Virus record (IMG/VR): IMGVR_UViG_3300017763_000135
Location: 1-27,598 of that record
From: a virus
Taxonomy: Duplodnaviria; Caudoviricetes
DNA length: 27,598 nt
Direction: 5' to 3' (one strand)
Shown here: in pieces, positions 21,601-27,323 of the stretch
Numbering within the stretch: position 1 is the stretch's first letter
How the letters are laid out: each line of letters begins with the position of its first letter
Translations under genes and position numbers: made by a program
The notes under the pieces: model-generated
What the model saw: the letters and a program-made list of their open reading frames with translations, nothing else
The model's database searches: none
What the model was told of the DNA's origin: nothing

Positions 21601-23574
21601 TACAGTGTTTTGTGCAAAAGTAACATATTTTTCAAAGAAAATATTTTCTTTACTTAATGCAAATTTTACAGTAAATTCATTAATTCTTTCAACATAGTAA
21701 ATCCCTTCATTAAATAATTTACTTCCCTCGACCTCTTGTGTTACATAGTTAAAATTTTCATCAATAACTTTTTCTTCGGTTATTTCTGGATAATAATAAA
21801 CTTTATCACCTGTTCTTAACTTATGCTCAGAATCAAATGTAACTTCAGTTCCTTCAAATGTTCCATTAATTTTTAAATCTATATCTGATATTGAAATTGC
21901 TTCTGAAGGTATTGAAGAAGATGCAATTAGTAAATCATTATTGTCATTTACATACACATTCTGGATATTTGATTGATAATCTACAATTTGTGGAAATGAT
22001 GGGGATATGCCTTTTAAAATATTTTTTTTAAGTGTGTATATTCCTGTTACACTGAGTGTTTCATTAGTTCTAATATTTAAAGATTTTTCATTGATAACAG
22101 ATAGAACTACTCCATCTACAGATTGTCCACTATTGTCGATTACTTGAATAGTATCATCTTTAAAAATATAATGATTATTGTTTAAATTTACGCGATATAC
22201 CTTGTCTGCCGCATCGATACTGCTTAAAGAACCGATAGTAAATATTTTTTTATTATTATAAATCCAATCATTAAATTTAAAACCACTACCTTCAAAACCA
22301 AGAGTTTTAATTCTTGATGTACTACCTTTAATGTTATAAAGGGATTTGCTTGGGCTATTTACCGTTGAAATAATCGAAGATACATCGCATTGTACTGTTT
22401 TTCCGTTTATTGTCGCATATGCAAAAGTATCTCTATCTGTTATATTCTCTTCTTCTTCAATTTGTTTATAAATGTATCCAGCGTCTCTAAATTGATTAAT
22501 CGTTTTGGATCCATAGTATAGTGTTCCTGATGAACCATCACTATACTTAAACGAAATATGTCCCGTATTTGCAAAACCAACTGTTGATTCTACATCTAGG
22601 TAAGATGCCCCAATAGATACTGGATTTACGAGTTTTGTTTTAGGAGTTACTTTAAAATCTCCATAAATCGCACCATCAAATGTAATATCTTTATTGTATC
22701 CAGCATCAATATCTAATCTATGATATACTTTAGAATCTTTTCCTAGAACTTTTTCTGAATAAGAAATAGGTGCATAAGATTTTGATGGATAATCTTGAAA
22801 AAGAGTAATATTTTGAATATCATCAAACTCACTTTCATTTGTAGTTGGATCTACAATAATACTTTCTACTTGATTAAATTGTGCATCAGAAGGTCTAAAA
22901 AGTAAATCTGCGGGATTTACTAATTCTACCTTTACACCATATAATGCTTTAAATAAAATTTTAAATGACTCTTCTGTTCCTTTTGAAGCGTAAAAACTTC
23001 TTACTTGCTTTAAAAAAGTATTTTGATTTACTTCAGAATAAAATTCTCTATCATCAAAACCAGTTGCAATTTCTTTTTTAGTCTTATTTAAAAATTCTGC
23101 CAGAAACAATACACTAAGATTTAAAACTTGAGCACCATTTGCATGAGTTTCTGCATTTGTTGATTCAAATAAAACTTCATCTGGAGAATTATTTTTAGAA
23201 AGTTCGCAAATTCCACTAAATCCCCTAATACAACCAGTAAAGGATCTGTCAGTTTTTCCTTTATATGTAATAATTTCATTATCAATTTTTAACAAACCAT
23301 AAGAATCTGGAAATCCTGATGTGTCAATTACTTCAATTGTGCTATCTATGGTATTGATAGATTTTGAAATAGTATTGGAATATACCCTATTAGTAAAAGA
23401 ATCAATTTTTAAATATCTATCAATGTTATTAATAAGATCAATTGGACCACCCTGATATTCCTGTCCTTTATAATACTCTTTTAAAAATTCAGTTATCAGA
23501 GGAAAATCAGACCTAACATAGTCAGGAACTTGACTTTTAACAATTGTGGAAAGTTGAACTCTTTTTGCTGTCAT
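9652..23574 (-). CDS. gp7: giant (4640 aa) baseplate wedge initiator, gp7-like, highly modular
   Basis: Lies between gp6 and gp8. N-terminal QVPDYVRSDFPLITEFLKEYY and FYASKGTEESFKILFKALYG; internal QRIPDNDYYQNFSYSLKS...HVAGYKKF. Many repeated beta-rich modules and no internal stop. Confidence 0.85.
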   Translation of the reverse strand: MTAKRVQLSTIVKSQVPDYVRSDFPLITEFLKEYYKGQEYQGGPIDLINNIDRYLKIDSFTNRVYSNTISKSINTIDSTIEVIDTSGFPDSYGLLKIDNEIITYKGKTDRSFTGCIRGFSGICELSKNNSPDEVLFESTNAETHANGAQVLNLSVLFLAEFLNKTKKEIATGFDDREFYSEVNQNTFLKQVRSFYASKGTEESFKILFKALYGVKVELVNPADLLFRPSDAQFNQVESIIVDPTTNESEFDDIQNITLFQDYPSKSYAPISYSEKVLGKDSKVYHRLDIDAGYNKDITFDGAIYGDFKVTPKTKLVNPVSIGASYLDVESTVGFANTGHISFKYSDGSSGTLYYGSKTINQFRDAGYIYKQIEEEENITDRDTFAYATINGKTVQCDVSSIISTVNSPSKSLYNIKGSTSRIKTLGFEGSGFKFNDWIYNNKKIFTIGSLSSIDAADKVYRVNLNNNHYIFKDDTIQVIDNSGQSVDGVVLSVINEKSLNIRTNETLSVTGIYTLKKNILKGISPSFPQIVDYQSNIQNVYVNDNNDLLIASSSIPSEAISISDIDLKINGTFEGTEVTFDSEHKLRTGDKVYYYPEITEEKVIDENFNYVTQEVEGSKLFNEGIYYVERINEFTVKFALSKENIFFEKYVTFAQNTVKNNKVRLHEFHEKNLLDQKLLREIPLPLESSSEKVKTLPGMTGILLNGVEILNYKSKNNIYYGEIKSIDVNSSDNQFNIINPPNLVIEDNGRGKNASGFLGVTGSLSKVKIVNRGFDYEGTPTIKIVGGNGSGASVLVNVKSTDNAANFDSKFIQLDPINSIGFSTYHKFRDYEEVVYQTSDQLGITGLTTNTTYFVGLIDRTITYSVTVANKTSSHPYFGQGSGNGYYIIGGDYDTTSESPNLQFIHGETYIFNQNNASSASHAIYFSTVEGSYGGNDRYETGVTYTLDGVNVTYSAYASGFAAASNRSISITVDDTAPSTLYYACQQHEKMGNAIGIFDVDGKKDLNNLKLYNTRNDAVSGINTVSLTVYGNGVHSLTALTKKRQIDSINIIEPGEGYSNKKVICQHTGINTATNSVNSINHGYTNGDRIQYMGVASGTDTQLAGLSLNTDYIATVLDKDSFTLSEIGVGNTINIFADRQEYVNISTTGIGTHIFNHPPIQVILTGQTAIGTEFVAELQPQFLGSINNIHISNGGVGYGVTNIQDFERTPIITYSIGQGTQINAIINNGSITEAIVLNRGNNFTSAPDIVVDGDGTGAVLTSIIRSDGRIEKIIVVEGGRGYNSLNTNIRAVSSESLSQSKFKANLQSWKINLFEDVLDKLEKDDGILTLSSFGNFGIQYSHLFAPRYLRSKLIPSDSEGSKKYGTSDLPFNRVEIDSPNHSPIIGWSYDGNPIYGPYGYSANSGGVAVRMKSGYYNEVSLKSNRPPNYPAGYFIEDYTYYRVDDDSVLDENNGRYCVTPEFPNGTYAYFTTISELSDDSGPFRDYRRPVFPYLIGDNYFSVPSKFNTEKNSNQDGFDLNNSDYKRNTTIYNFFDKDVRYPYINLPNDLNQKVTIKNISKGKVSNIKVLSGGNSYKVGDRLVFDQTENTGNGVAAKVSFVEGKEISKIENEHSETLIEILSSGKKGIFVGVASTAHGYFNGELISLTNFSTTRSKLEGNYSVVVPATTLTLIGLGTTAHALGPVSNTGIVTFVHVSNSNFDRINENDVIQIHQERVKVLHVDSLSGRLRIIREFDDTVSGVHTVGVAATIDQRRFEFKSDHDKSFKFKPNKEYYFDPQESVGLSGGYGNPGTGSTISFEVPGAGGTSIYIKPKSIYLRGHDLKTGDAVVYNINNGGGSSIKYEDSTTTSGIGSDLVNGRTYYVAKFDKDFIGISTVKVGIGSTGVFSGIAATTKDIGPVDFINRGTFTYHSFTTQYPKITSDAIKNRVIVSTATTHGLSSDHRILFDVQPKVGKTVVVKYDDFNRNILINPKSFEPTGINTSTGVITIQDHGFSTGDKLIHTSEWSESAYSNNSPYFAVKINNNNFKLSETLYNSKLDQPITVVGVATTAGTLSPVNPTIDTEGYSTLKFDLSDPSLQYEYFSSQYPGFQLDFYIGNTFTKPWTKNPQDSEFKVVKSGIVGSNATVTLFLDSNTPKDLYYNLVPKYTQGVPLSKTKKDVYLDTTVNGAGFIKVSPSSYSGSHKVKVSTASTFTYNLTSEPEVVSYGSTNASLSYITDCTHTDGPISQLEILNTGDNYNTLPGFTTVTSINGVDCDLELQSLDIGLVKNVEITNYGYDFPYDQTIRPLFYYSQSLKITPFSSIDFIGISSFGRGYFGEQQLVVVDAVSEEIVSDIDLEYTSTSAEVTILRNTYGMNNVVPKIYPINSGAGVPIDNSQLSNGIVYDSTSKIATATVATEYSVGDYYPFVIGEKIMIEGSNPGIGNSRGFNSSEFNYDLYTITAIDPNLGGGAGSVSFSMAEQLKNTETVIAYDKINSAARLLPQRDFPIFDIKIKKNEFIKDEIIRSNNKTAIVEEWDKEFSILKVNSIDEFEGNENITGQTSKSIGTVGSVLFPFKEYGKYGSTIKQNRGWKAIAGFLNNDLQRIPDNDYYQNFSYSLKSTVPLQIWNDPVSSMNHVAGYKKFANYQLESYEKGLKVSTSPTQGSSYVNLIKDIVETIDINCVNDFDLVRENFISLGDVDLVSTQIIFESRLISSFDQAVSNRVLSIDDISSLFSHRPRSEEFVNIDRFDLDKSRFLRFITLVRDQRFTSERQVSIFDVIHDGTYGYTNEYAINSTISDMGSFDFAIERGEGLIQYFPISDKVAFNDFNVSYLSYKIDDNFVGIGSSSFSDVAIINTSSTELNTVGTGVTIVSIGSTYNSVSVMVTINPDSGEQNEEFQFVQINFVHDGTNIVTSGEFAHLATKFGAVSDPPANTEGSIGYGTFYPYIEGNNFKVEYVPNVGIGTTAVINTIQIGLAQTATSGSTDFNMVHARMQSQSTTIAASASPGITTINDYRYIANSEEFHAAKYYVHIADKTNNRHEFVELFVVDTINGVGISSDIYVTEFSNLGTTSDTLGSYVGLGTFGGAIDDTGFGAELRFTPIPNIDVEVNLLAQQLKSETSDDVDTITNFNNGIITTDRDDYVGTFNAVKTDFDLTHEGQDIFENWFDGGNPGIVSTTDNTIKLPNHFFVSGERVSYYRNDVNDPSSAIGVGETFITGIGLTTILPNDIENLFMVKIDDTFVGLATSPADAQLANPNLINITSVGSGTSHRFLTTKQNSRVLVTIDNIIQSPVVSTAITSSLNATALSTTDIIEFVGVTSFFGGDFVQINNEIMKISGVGANNTSNKVRVRRARLGTKFANHAAGDIITKISGNYNIIDSTISFAEPPYGPDPVSDPSDPNSIDWEGIAKGSSFHGRSYMRGKVSTGTSETYRRNTVFKDVSDKFNALENTFPLKTTDGQDIADIANENAIILINSVFQLPGITVEEDYRMIEYTAGITSAVFNGDARDIGYDVGISSFPAAGIIQSIGSTEGFGYQPLVSAAGTVTVSASGAVTSVSVGFTGSGYRSQEYHEIITKTNHLVSAGTTEIFIDNLNSVFGILSEVYNGTNAYIGIGTFRAQYATILNGIGNTFIELTSTQTSVYDIPSGTQVSIGVTLPYGIVNVSAATSSISPGVVSGLTYDVLGADYNPETGFMSMTLPVGHELTQGDYIIIKDKSLNFSCTSDNNTRVKSYPRPNLDTNAWNRPIRLEDVVDQSVKAFVGLSTFAYFNVTDATYTAATGDLELTIGSHNLVADRGISIETDSLSFKCAMDGNTATKTYPRATDPAANTTLDITAVTSNTITVNVGASPLVTYTPGAGTTYDPSTGLMVLEIGTHNLTAGTSIKLATESLTFSCGYGGATGPAAEKSYPRSNGNDPFYDTAINIASVTETTITLQVLTTIPSTNTDVHTFVSATTGAVISGGNYLHSFQGPALNAVRAGGQYTHTFVSADAGAVVSTATTSIQHIGFATVIIGTGHISPNVTITNPGYDLDIDQELMPQIIFDDPEPYGNIPLIFSNDNTVVSLGTEARVDVLVSNGSSVSSFNFTNSGYAYGDNNILTVQTGGLAGIPTLSNFSEFQINVQKTFDDTFNGWNVGELELLDNVDAYINGRRKLFPLFRDGKRLSIIASKDSKIDPNQLLLVFLNNILQVPKKSYFFFGGNRIRFTEAPRVGDFLRILFYKGNGETDVIETEVIQTVKEGDTLNINSNDVILDENKRTVTDVVSTDTVETLPYFGPGNSADIDLVRPVDWCRQSEDKIINGLPISKARTFYEPNIIPYAYLIKPVGLGDTVFSVNTTRPLFNQSDEFTTVQGQLAQNVIKIHPQREISPSTATATVSIAGTVSSILITDGGHGYLTVPTVSIASTNGVGIGTSGTASAAATLTNGVVTGITITNGGVGYSTVTAPKVLISPAQASKLEQCEVYFPDGYRGDSGTVVGFATTSISGETFALFDLFIPAQDQVFDNIKYVGFAITTSQIEQGDAFTIYNSNVGTANTSITSYDGAGGVLGISTSYIDGVYEVIEVVKEPRNMGGIGTATARVRARVDNPPVGFDFDANWTGSTGMTTSHYQGSYSWGRIVVKSRAISTTYNPYNSQGISGITTSPLVVRERSLAFVGYTTTT
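11645..12600 (-). repeat. three ~85-95 aa protein repeats followed by three short HxF return segments, inside gp7
   Basis: Repeat consensus Y-x3-TG...H-x-L...SL-x-F-x-C...K-[ST]-YPR...D starts at about 12597, 12333 and 12078. It is followed by HTFVSATTGAV, HSFQGPALNAV and HTFVSADAGAV, separated by GG-x-Y. Confidence 0.85.
14295..15410 (-). repeat. three tandem divergent ~120-140 aa repeats inside gp7
   Basis: Shared pattern ...HDGT...E[YF]...G[ST]F...[YF]xP: 'VIHDGTYGYTNEY..MGSFDF..IQYFP', 'FVHDGTNIVTSGEF..YGTFYP..VEYVP' and 'VVDT..IYVTEF..LGTFGG..LRFTP'. Confidence 0.7.
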
Positions 23575-23587
23575 TTTAATTTAAGTA

Positions 23588-25774
23588 TTAGTAACCGCTG
23601 CTGTAACCGCCGCCAGACGAACTTGACGATGAGGAAGAAGATGAAGAAGATGAAGAAGAAGATGAAGAAGATGATGAAGAGGAGGAGGAAGACGAAGACG
23701 TTGATGATGTAGAGGTTGTTGCAGGCGTCGTTGTAGGCGTCGTTGATGTGTTTGTTGATGAAGAAGCGCCCGTATTGTAAACGCTTGTTCCAGACGCATT
23801 AACTGCCCTTGCTCGTGCTTCTGAGAGAGGAGTTGATCCTGCTCTTCCACCAGACCTGACCAAATTACCATTAGCATAACTAGAGGACGATATATACGTA
23901 GAAGCAGAAGAATCAACTCCAGAAGAAATATCATCAACTACCATGTCAAAAACACTATTTCCAATGTCTAATTGTAAATATAAATCTTGCAATCCAATTA
24001 CGTCATTAGATTTTGGTGTTGCAGAAATTTCAATAATAGGTTGACCATCACGTATTTTTCCTGAAATTATATTTACAGGATTCAAAGTTACAATTCCATT
24101 TACATAATCGACTGTACCAACATTTCTTTTTATAATCGTAGGATTTTGGGATGTTAATGTTGGTACAGTAAAGAAGAATAAATCTCCAGTTTGATTATTT
24201 AAGTTTGGTACATCGCCCAGATATAGAGTTTCTTGAATTCCACTAACAGTAAAACCTGATGATTTTATGTTGTATCCTTCAAGACTTTTTATATGAAATT
24301 GATTGCCAAACCCAATTGAGTATTCTGCAAAAGTGTTTAAAACAACTCTTAAATCTCTTCGTATACTAATAGTAGTTATATTAGATGTAATTGCCTGATT
24401 ACTGTCGTCAATAATTCTTTGAAATTTGGAATATTTAAATCTTGCCCCATATTGATTTAATTCTGTAGATTCGCCATATTTTTGTATATTATTTTGTATA
24501 ATAGAAGAAATTCGTTGAGAGGAAGGTGTTAAATTTGAGTTATAATAAACTTTTGAGTCAACTTCAACATACAAATACTTAAGATCAAGAATTTCTGTAA
24601 GAATTCCTGCTACAGCGTATCTTTTAAGTTCTTTTTTAATATTTTCTTTAATTAAATTTGGTAAAAAATCTCCAAATTTTGGTTTTATACTAATAAAAAC
24701 TTTTCCATACTGTGGAGGAATTAATTCTTCCCCACCAAAAACTGAAATTGACTCAGTTTCGGTATAAATTTTTGATGGAATTAAAGTTTCATAATCTGAA
24801 CTCGTAACTGCTCTATTTTGAGCAGCGAATGACCTTGGAGCAAATTTTTTGATAGATTCTACACTTTCAATGTTTTCTCCACCAGAAGAAGAAACACCGG
24901 TTGTTAATAATGAAACACCATCAGTTATATTATATTCAATAGCATTTCTTTGATAGGTGATTCTTCCGTTAAAAGTAAAATTGGAAACTCCATTACCACT
25001 ATCACCGTTAGATCTGATATAATTTACTTCAATTTGATTACCATCTTGCAATTTTTGAGCAAAAATACCATCACCAAACAAAATTTCATATCTTTCATCT
25101 TCTACTTCTTGTAAAAAATACGATTTTGTGTATTTGTCAGCACCAAATAAGTTATCTTGTCTGGCATAACGTGTAGATGCAGTTGCAGTTTCACTATCTT
25201 TGACAAAAATATTCATCAAATCCACATCAATACCAGAATTTGGTAAAATAAACTTCTGATTATAGTTTCTGGAATTGTAAACGAATGATTGTGATATTAG
25301 TGGACCTTCATAAATTGGAATATTACTGAAAATTGCAATTCCATTAGAAACAGAAACTGTAATATCATCAATAATTGAAAAAATAAAAGAACTATTACCA
25401 AAATTTCCTGATGATGTTGCGACTGGACCACGCCTAAGCGTTAACGATACTGGCGAAGGGGTAACATTAGTAACATTTACGAAGAAACTAATAGTTGCTC
25501 TAGCAGATTTTCTTGATTTTGGTAAATATCCAATATTCCTTGCGATAGAAACTACATTTTCTCTCAATGTAGCACTATCAAGGAAGACTTCATTCGCTAC
25601 CATGTTAGCGTTATATGAAGTAATGTATGTGTTATAAGCTAAAACGTCAAGTATAGACGATAGGTTAGAACCCTCAAAGTCATAATCCGTAAAATTGGAG
25701 TTTGCCTGAAGATAATCTTTGAGTGATTGTTTAACCTGATCGAAATCTAGGTTAGAAAAATTTGTTAATGACAT
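23588..25774 (-). CDS. gp6: baseplate wedge subunit gp6-like, with Ser/Thr-rich C-terminal extension
   Basis: LDFDQVKQSLKDYL...FTDYDFEGSNLSSILDVLAYNTY...NEVFLDSATLRENVVSIARNIGY; ESVESIK...QNRAVTSSDY; PPQYGKVFISIKP. Confidence 0.93.
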   Translation of the reverse strand: MSLTNFSNLDFDQVKQSLKDYLQANSNFTDYDFEGSNLSSILDVLAYNTYITSYNANMVANEVFLDSATLRENVVSIARNIGYLPKSRKSARATISFFVNVTNVTPSPVSLTLRRGPVATSSGNFGNSSFIFSIIDDITVSVSNGIAIFSNIPIYEGPLISQSFVYNSRNYNQKFILPNSGIDVDLMNIFVKDSETATASTRYARQDNLFGADKYTKSYFLQEVEDERYEILFGDGIFAQKLQDGNQIEVNYIRSNGDSGNGVSNFTFNGRITYQRNAIEYNITDGVSLLTTGVSSSGGENIESVESIKKFAPRSFAAQNRAVTSSDYETLIPSKIYTETESISVFGGEELIPPQYGKVFISIKPKFGDFLPNLIKENIKKELKRYAVAGILTEILDLKYLYVEVDSKVYYNSNLTPSSQRISSIIQNNIQKYGESTELNQYGARFKYSKFQRIIDDSNQAITSNITTISIRRDLRVVLNTFAEYSIGFGNQFHIKSLEGYNIKSSGFTVSGIQETLYLGDVPNLNNQTGDLFFFTVPTLTSQNPTIIKRNVGTVDYVNGIVTLNPVNIISGKIRDGQPIIEISATPKSNDVIGLQDLYLQLDIGNSVFDMVVDDISSGVDSSASTYISSSSYANGNLVRSGGRAGSTPLSEARARAVNASGTSVYNTGASSSTNTSTTPTTTPATTSTSSTSSSSSSSSSSSSSSSSSSSSSSSSSSSSGGGYSSGY
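23591..23770 (-). repeat. low-complexity Ser/Thr-encoding tract with 28 consecutive Ser codons (23615-23698)
   Basis: On the plus strand it reads as NGA triplets (aga/tga/gga/cga = TCT/TCA/TCC/TCG, plus one AGT). Small direct repeats aggcgtcgttg x2 and gtaaccgc x2 are also present. Confidence 0.95.
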
Positions 25775-25776
25775 TT

Positions 25777-26178
25777 TTACCTAGTTGCTTGCAAAATAAA
25801 ACTTATCTGTTGGGGATCAATGTCTACTCCAACTATACTATAAGAAATTTCAACATCATAACCATTACCTTCAAAGTCAGGAACAACAATCACATCGAGA
25901 AGAAGGATTCTTGGTTCATATGTTTCTAATGAATATTTAATTTGGTCTTTAATTACTACTGCAGAAGTTTCATCCAATAGTTCAAAAAGAGACGCATTAA
26001 TGTCTGTTCCAAAATCTGGATCAAACACTTTCTCACCAGGGACGGTAAAGATAATATTCCTCACAGAACGTGCAATTGCATTCTCATTTTTAAGGGCAAT
26101 TAAGTCACTACTCAGGGGATTAACCTGAAATGTCATACTAATATCCTTAAATCCCCTACTAACCCTCTCTAAAGGCAC
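25777..26178 (-). CDS. gp25: baseplate wedge subunit gp25-like (GPW/gp25 family)
   Basis: GTG start; FKDIS...NENAIARSVRNIIFTVPGEKVFDPDFGT...LFE...YEPRI motif; immediately upstream of gp6. Confidence 0.92.
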   Translation of the reverse strand: MPLERVSRGFKDISMTFQVNPLSSDLIALKNENAIARSVRNIIFTVPGEKVFDPDFGTDINASLFELLDETSAVVIKDQIKYSLETYEPRILLLDVIVVPDFEGNGYDVEISYSIVGVDIDPQQISFILQATR

Positions 26179-26199
26179 TATAATACAGCAATTATGAGT

Positions 26200-26207
26200 T
26201 ATTTATT
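26200..26207 (-). promoter_or_regulatory. late promoter-like motif AATAAATA upstream of gp25
   Basis: Plus strand tatttatt at 26200-26207, intergenic, about 22 nt before the gp25 GTG. Confidence 0.7.
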
Positions 26208-26221
26208 AGGGAAGTTTGTAA

Positions 26222-26389
26222 TTATGTCCAACGTTCATGAACTTCTTGGAGTTTTTGCTCCAATACACGCTGTTCTCTCACTTTCTTTAGATGTTTTTCA
26301 CTTTCTACCTCTGTAATTAAGGTCATTCCATCCTGAATGAATGAATTTCCTTTATCTACAGAACCGTCAAGATGTTGTGGATGACTCAT
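26222..26389 (-). CDS. 55-aa hypothetical protein
   Basis: Hand translation: MSHPQHLDGSVDKGNSFIQDGMTLITEVESEKHLKKVREQRVLEQKLQEVHERWT*. It fills the gap between the 237-aa gene and the gp25 promoter and has its own AATAAATA 16 nt upstream. Not in the ORF track. Confidence 0.75.
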   Translation of the reverse strand: MSHPQHLDGSVDKGNSFIQDGMTLITEVESEKHLKKVREQRVLEQKLQEVHERWT

Positions 26390-26404
26390 AATACGTTTTT
26401 TACT

Positions 26405-26412
26405 TATTTATT
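26405..26412 (-). promoter_or_regulatory. late promoter-like motif AATAAATA overlapping the stop codon of the 237-aa gene
   Basis: Plus strand tatttatt at 26405-26412, 16 nt upstream of the ATG at 26389. Confidence 0.55.
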
Positions 26413-27121
26413 CTTGATCTAATGGTGCATCTTTAAATTTTATACTAAAACTACCAACATCATCATCATCATTTGCCCGTTCTTTTGCAGTCTTCCAGAA
26501 GTATTCATCCTCACGTCCCATACCAAGTCTGTCATTTCCATTCTCAACTTGATAATATTGAGTTGATACTTTGAAATCTGGCATTTTTGGATCAACCGGA
26601 GTTAAACTATTGTCGTAAATACGTAATCTATTGTTTGGATACAGTGCATATTGTCCATTTTCAAGTTCAATTAGATTATGTGACTTGTGTTCTGCAGGAT
26701 TCTCACTAGTTGCATAGTCAACGTAGTCAGGATCATGATGATAATTATCAATAGTGCAAATATATGTTCCTTTTACATTGCCATGGTCGCGAGTATAACA
26801 CTCAAAGTCCATACTTCCAATAAATTTCTTATCTACTGATACAACCCCGTAATCCATACAATTCCAAAATTGTAGGTTAGGTAGACTCATGTCAGGATTA
26901 GGCGTCTCAGGGTCGCTCACAAACGCGCTGATGGGCAATTTATCATACATTGCTGCATACTCTGGTAGATAAGTTTCAAAATAAAATGCACGACCCGGTA
27001 TAGATTTAACTGTTACCCAAACACCTTTTACAAATTCACCCCATCCACTTTGATGATCAGTAAGATATTCTTTACGTACCCATACTTCCATGGAAGGAAG
27101 ATTTGCAATTAGACATGCCAT
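26408..27121 (-). CDS. 237-aa conserved phage hypothetical protein
   Basis: The ORF track starts it at TTG 27130; ATG at 27121 (MACLIANLP..VWVRKEYL) is more plausible. Motifs KLPISAF, LQFWNC and EHKSHNLIELENGQYALYPNNR look like a family I recall from marine myophages. Function unknown. Confidence 0.85.
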   Translation of the reverse strand: MACLIANLPSMEVWVRKEYLTDHQSGWGEFVKGVWVTVKSIPGRAFYFETYLPEYAAMYDKLPISAFVSDPETPNPDMSLPNLQFWNCMDYGVVSVDKKFIGSMDFECYTRDHGNVKGTYICTIDNYHHDPDYVDYATSENPAEHKSHNLIELENGQYALYPNNRLRIYDNSLTPVDPKMPDFKVSTQYYQVENGNDRLGMGREDEYFWKTAKERANDDDDVGSFSIKFKDAPLDQE

Positions 27122-27153
27122 AATTATCAAGTTATATTTCTTTATCTATGCAC

Positions 27154-27178
27154 AAAAAAAGGACCCGTAGGTCCCCTT
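27154..27178 (-). terminator. Rho-independent terminator with C(UACG)G tetraloop
   Basis: Minus strand AAGG-GGACC-TACG-GGTCC-TTTTTTT: a 5-bp stem extendable by G-U/A-U pairs, a UNCG loop and U7, a few nt after the stop of the 45-aa ORF. Confidence 0.9.
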
Positions 27179-27183
27179 CTATA

Positions 27184-27321
27184 TTATCTTTTGCCTTGAC
27201 CACGATAACGCTTCTTAGCACTATTACGACTCGTAGCACTTATTAAAGTGTTCTGAGAATTACCTTGACGAGTCTTTTTCGGTTTAGCTGGAATGTAATT
27301 TCCATCTTTCATCATTGCCAT
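27184..27321 (-). CDS. 45-aa highly basic peptide
   Basis: Hand translation: MAMMKDGNYIPAKPKKTRQGNSQNTLISATSRNSAKKRYRGQGKR*. AGGAG SD at 27331-27335 and a terminator immediately downstream. Not in the ORF track. Confidence 0.85.
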   Translation of the reverse strand: MAMMKDGNYIPAKPKKTRQGNSQNTLISATSRNSAKKRYRGQGKR

Positions 27322-27323
27322 AA

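Noticed and set aside
542-23574. Inteins, introns, homing endonucleases or DGR elements explaining the giant gene sizes
   Set aside because: I saw no intein splice-junction or LAGLIDADG/HNH motifs, no frame interruptions, no reverse transcriptase, and no near-identical adenine-variant repeat pair. Size is accounted for by structural modules. This was checked by eye only.
23615-23698. GAA/GAT tandem repeat as a CRISPR array or phase-variation switch
   Set aside because: There is no repeat-spacer structure, and the triplet period means slippage would not shift the frame. It is explained by poly-Ser coding.
23530-23937. ORFs 23530-23712 (+, MRKKMKKMKK...) and 23581-23937 (-, LHHLLHLLLH...)
   Set aside because: Both are alternative readings of the poly-Ser TCN tract of gp6, which is stop-free in those frames.
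27122-27130. TTG start at 27130 for the 240-aa ORF
   Set aside because: It adds only three residues, and an in-frame ATG at 27121 gives a more typical start.
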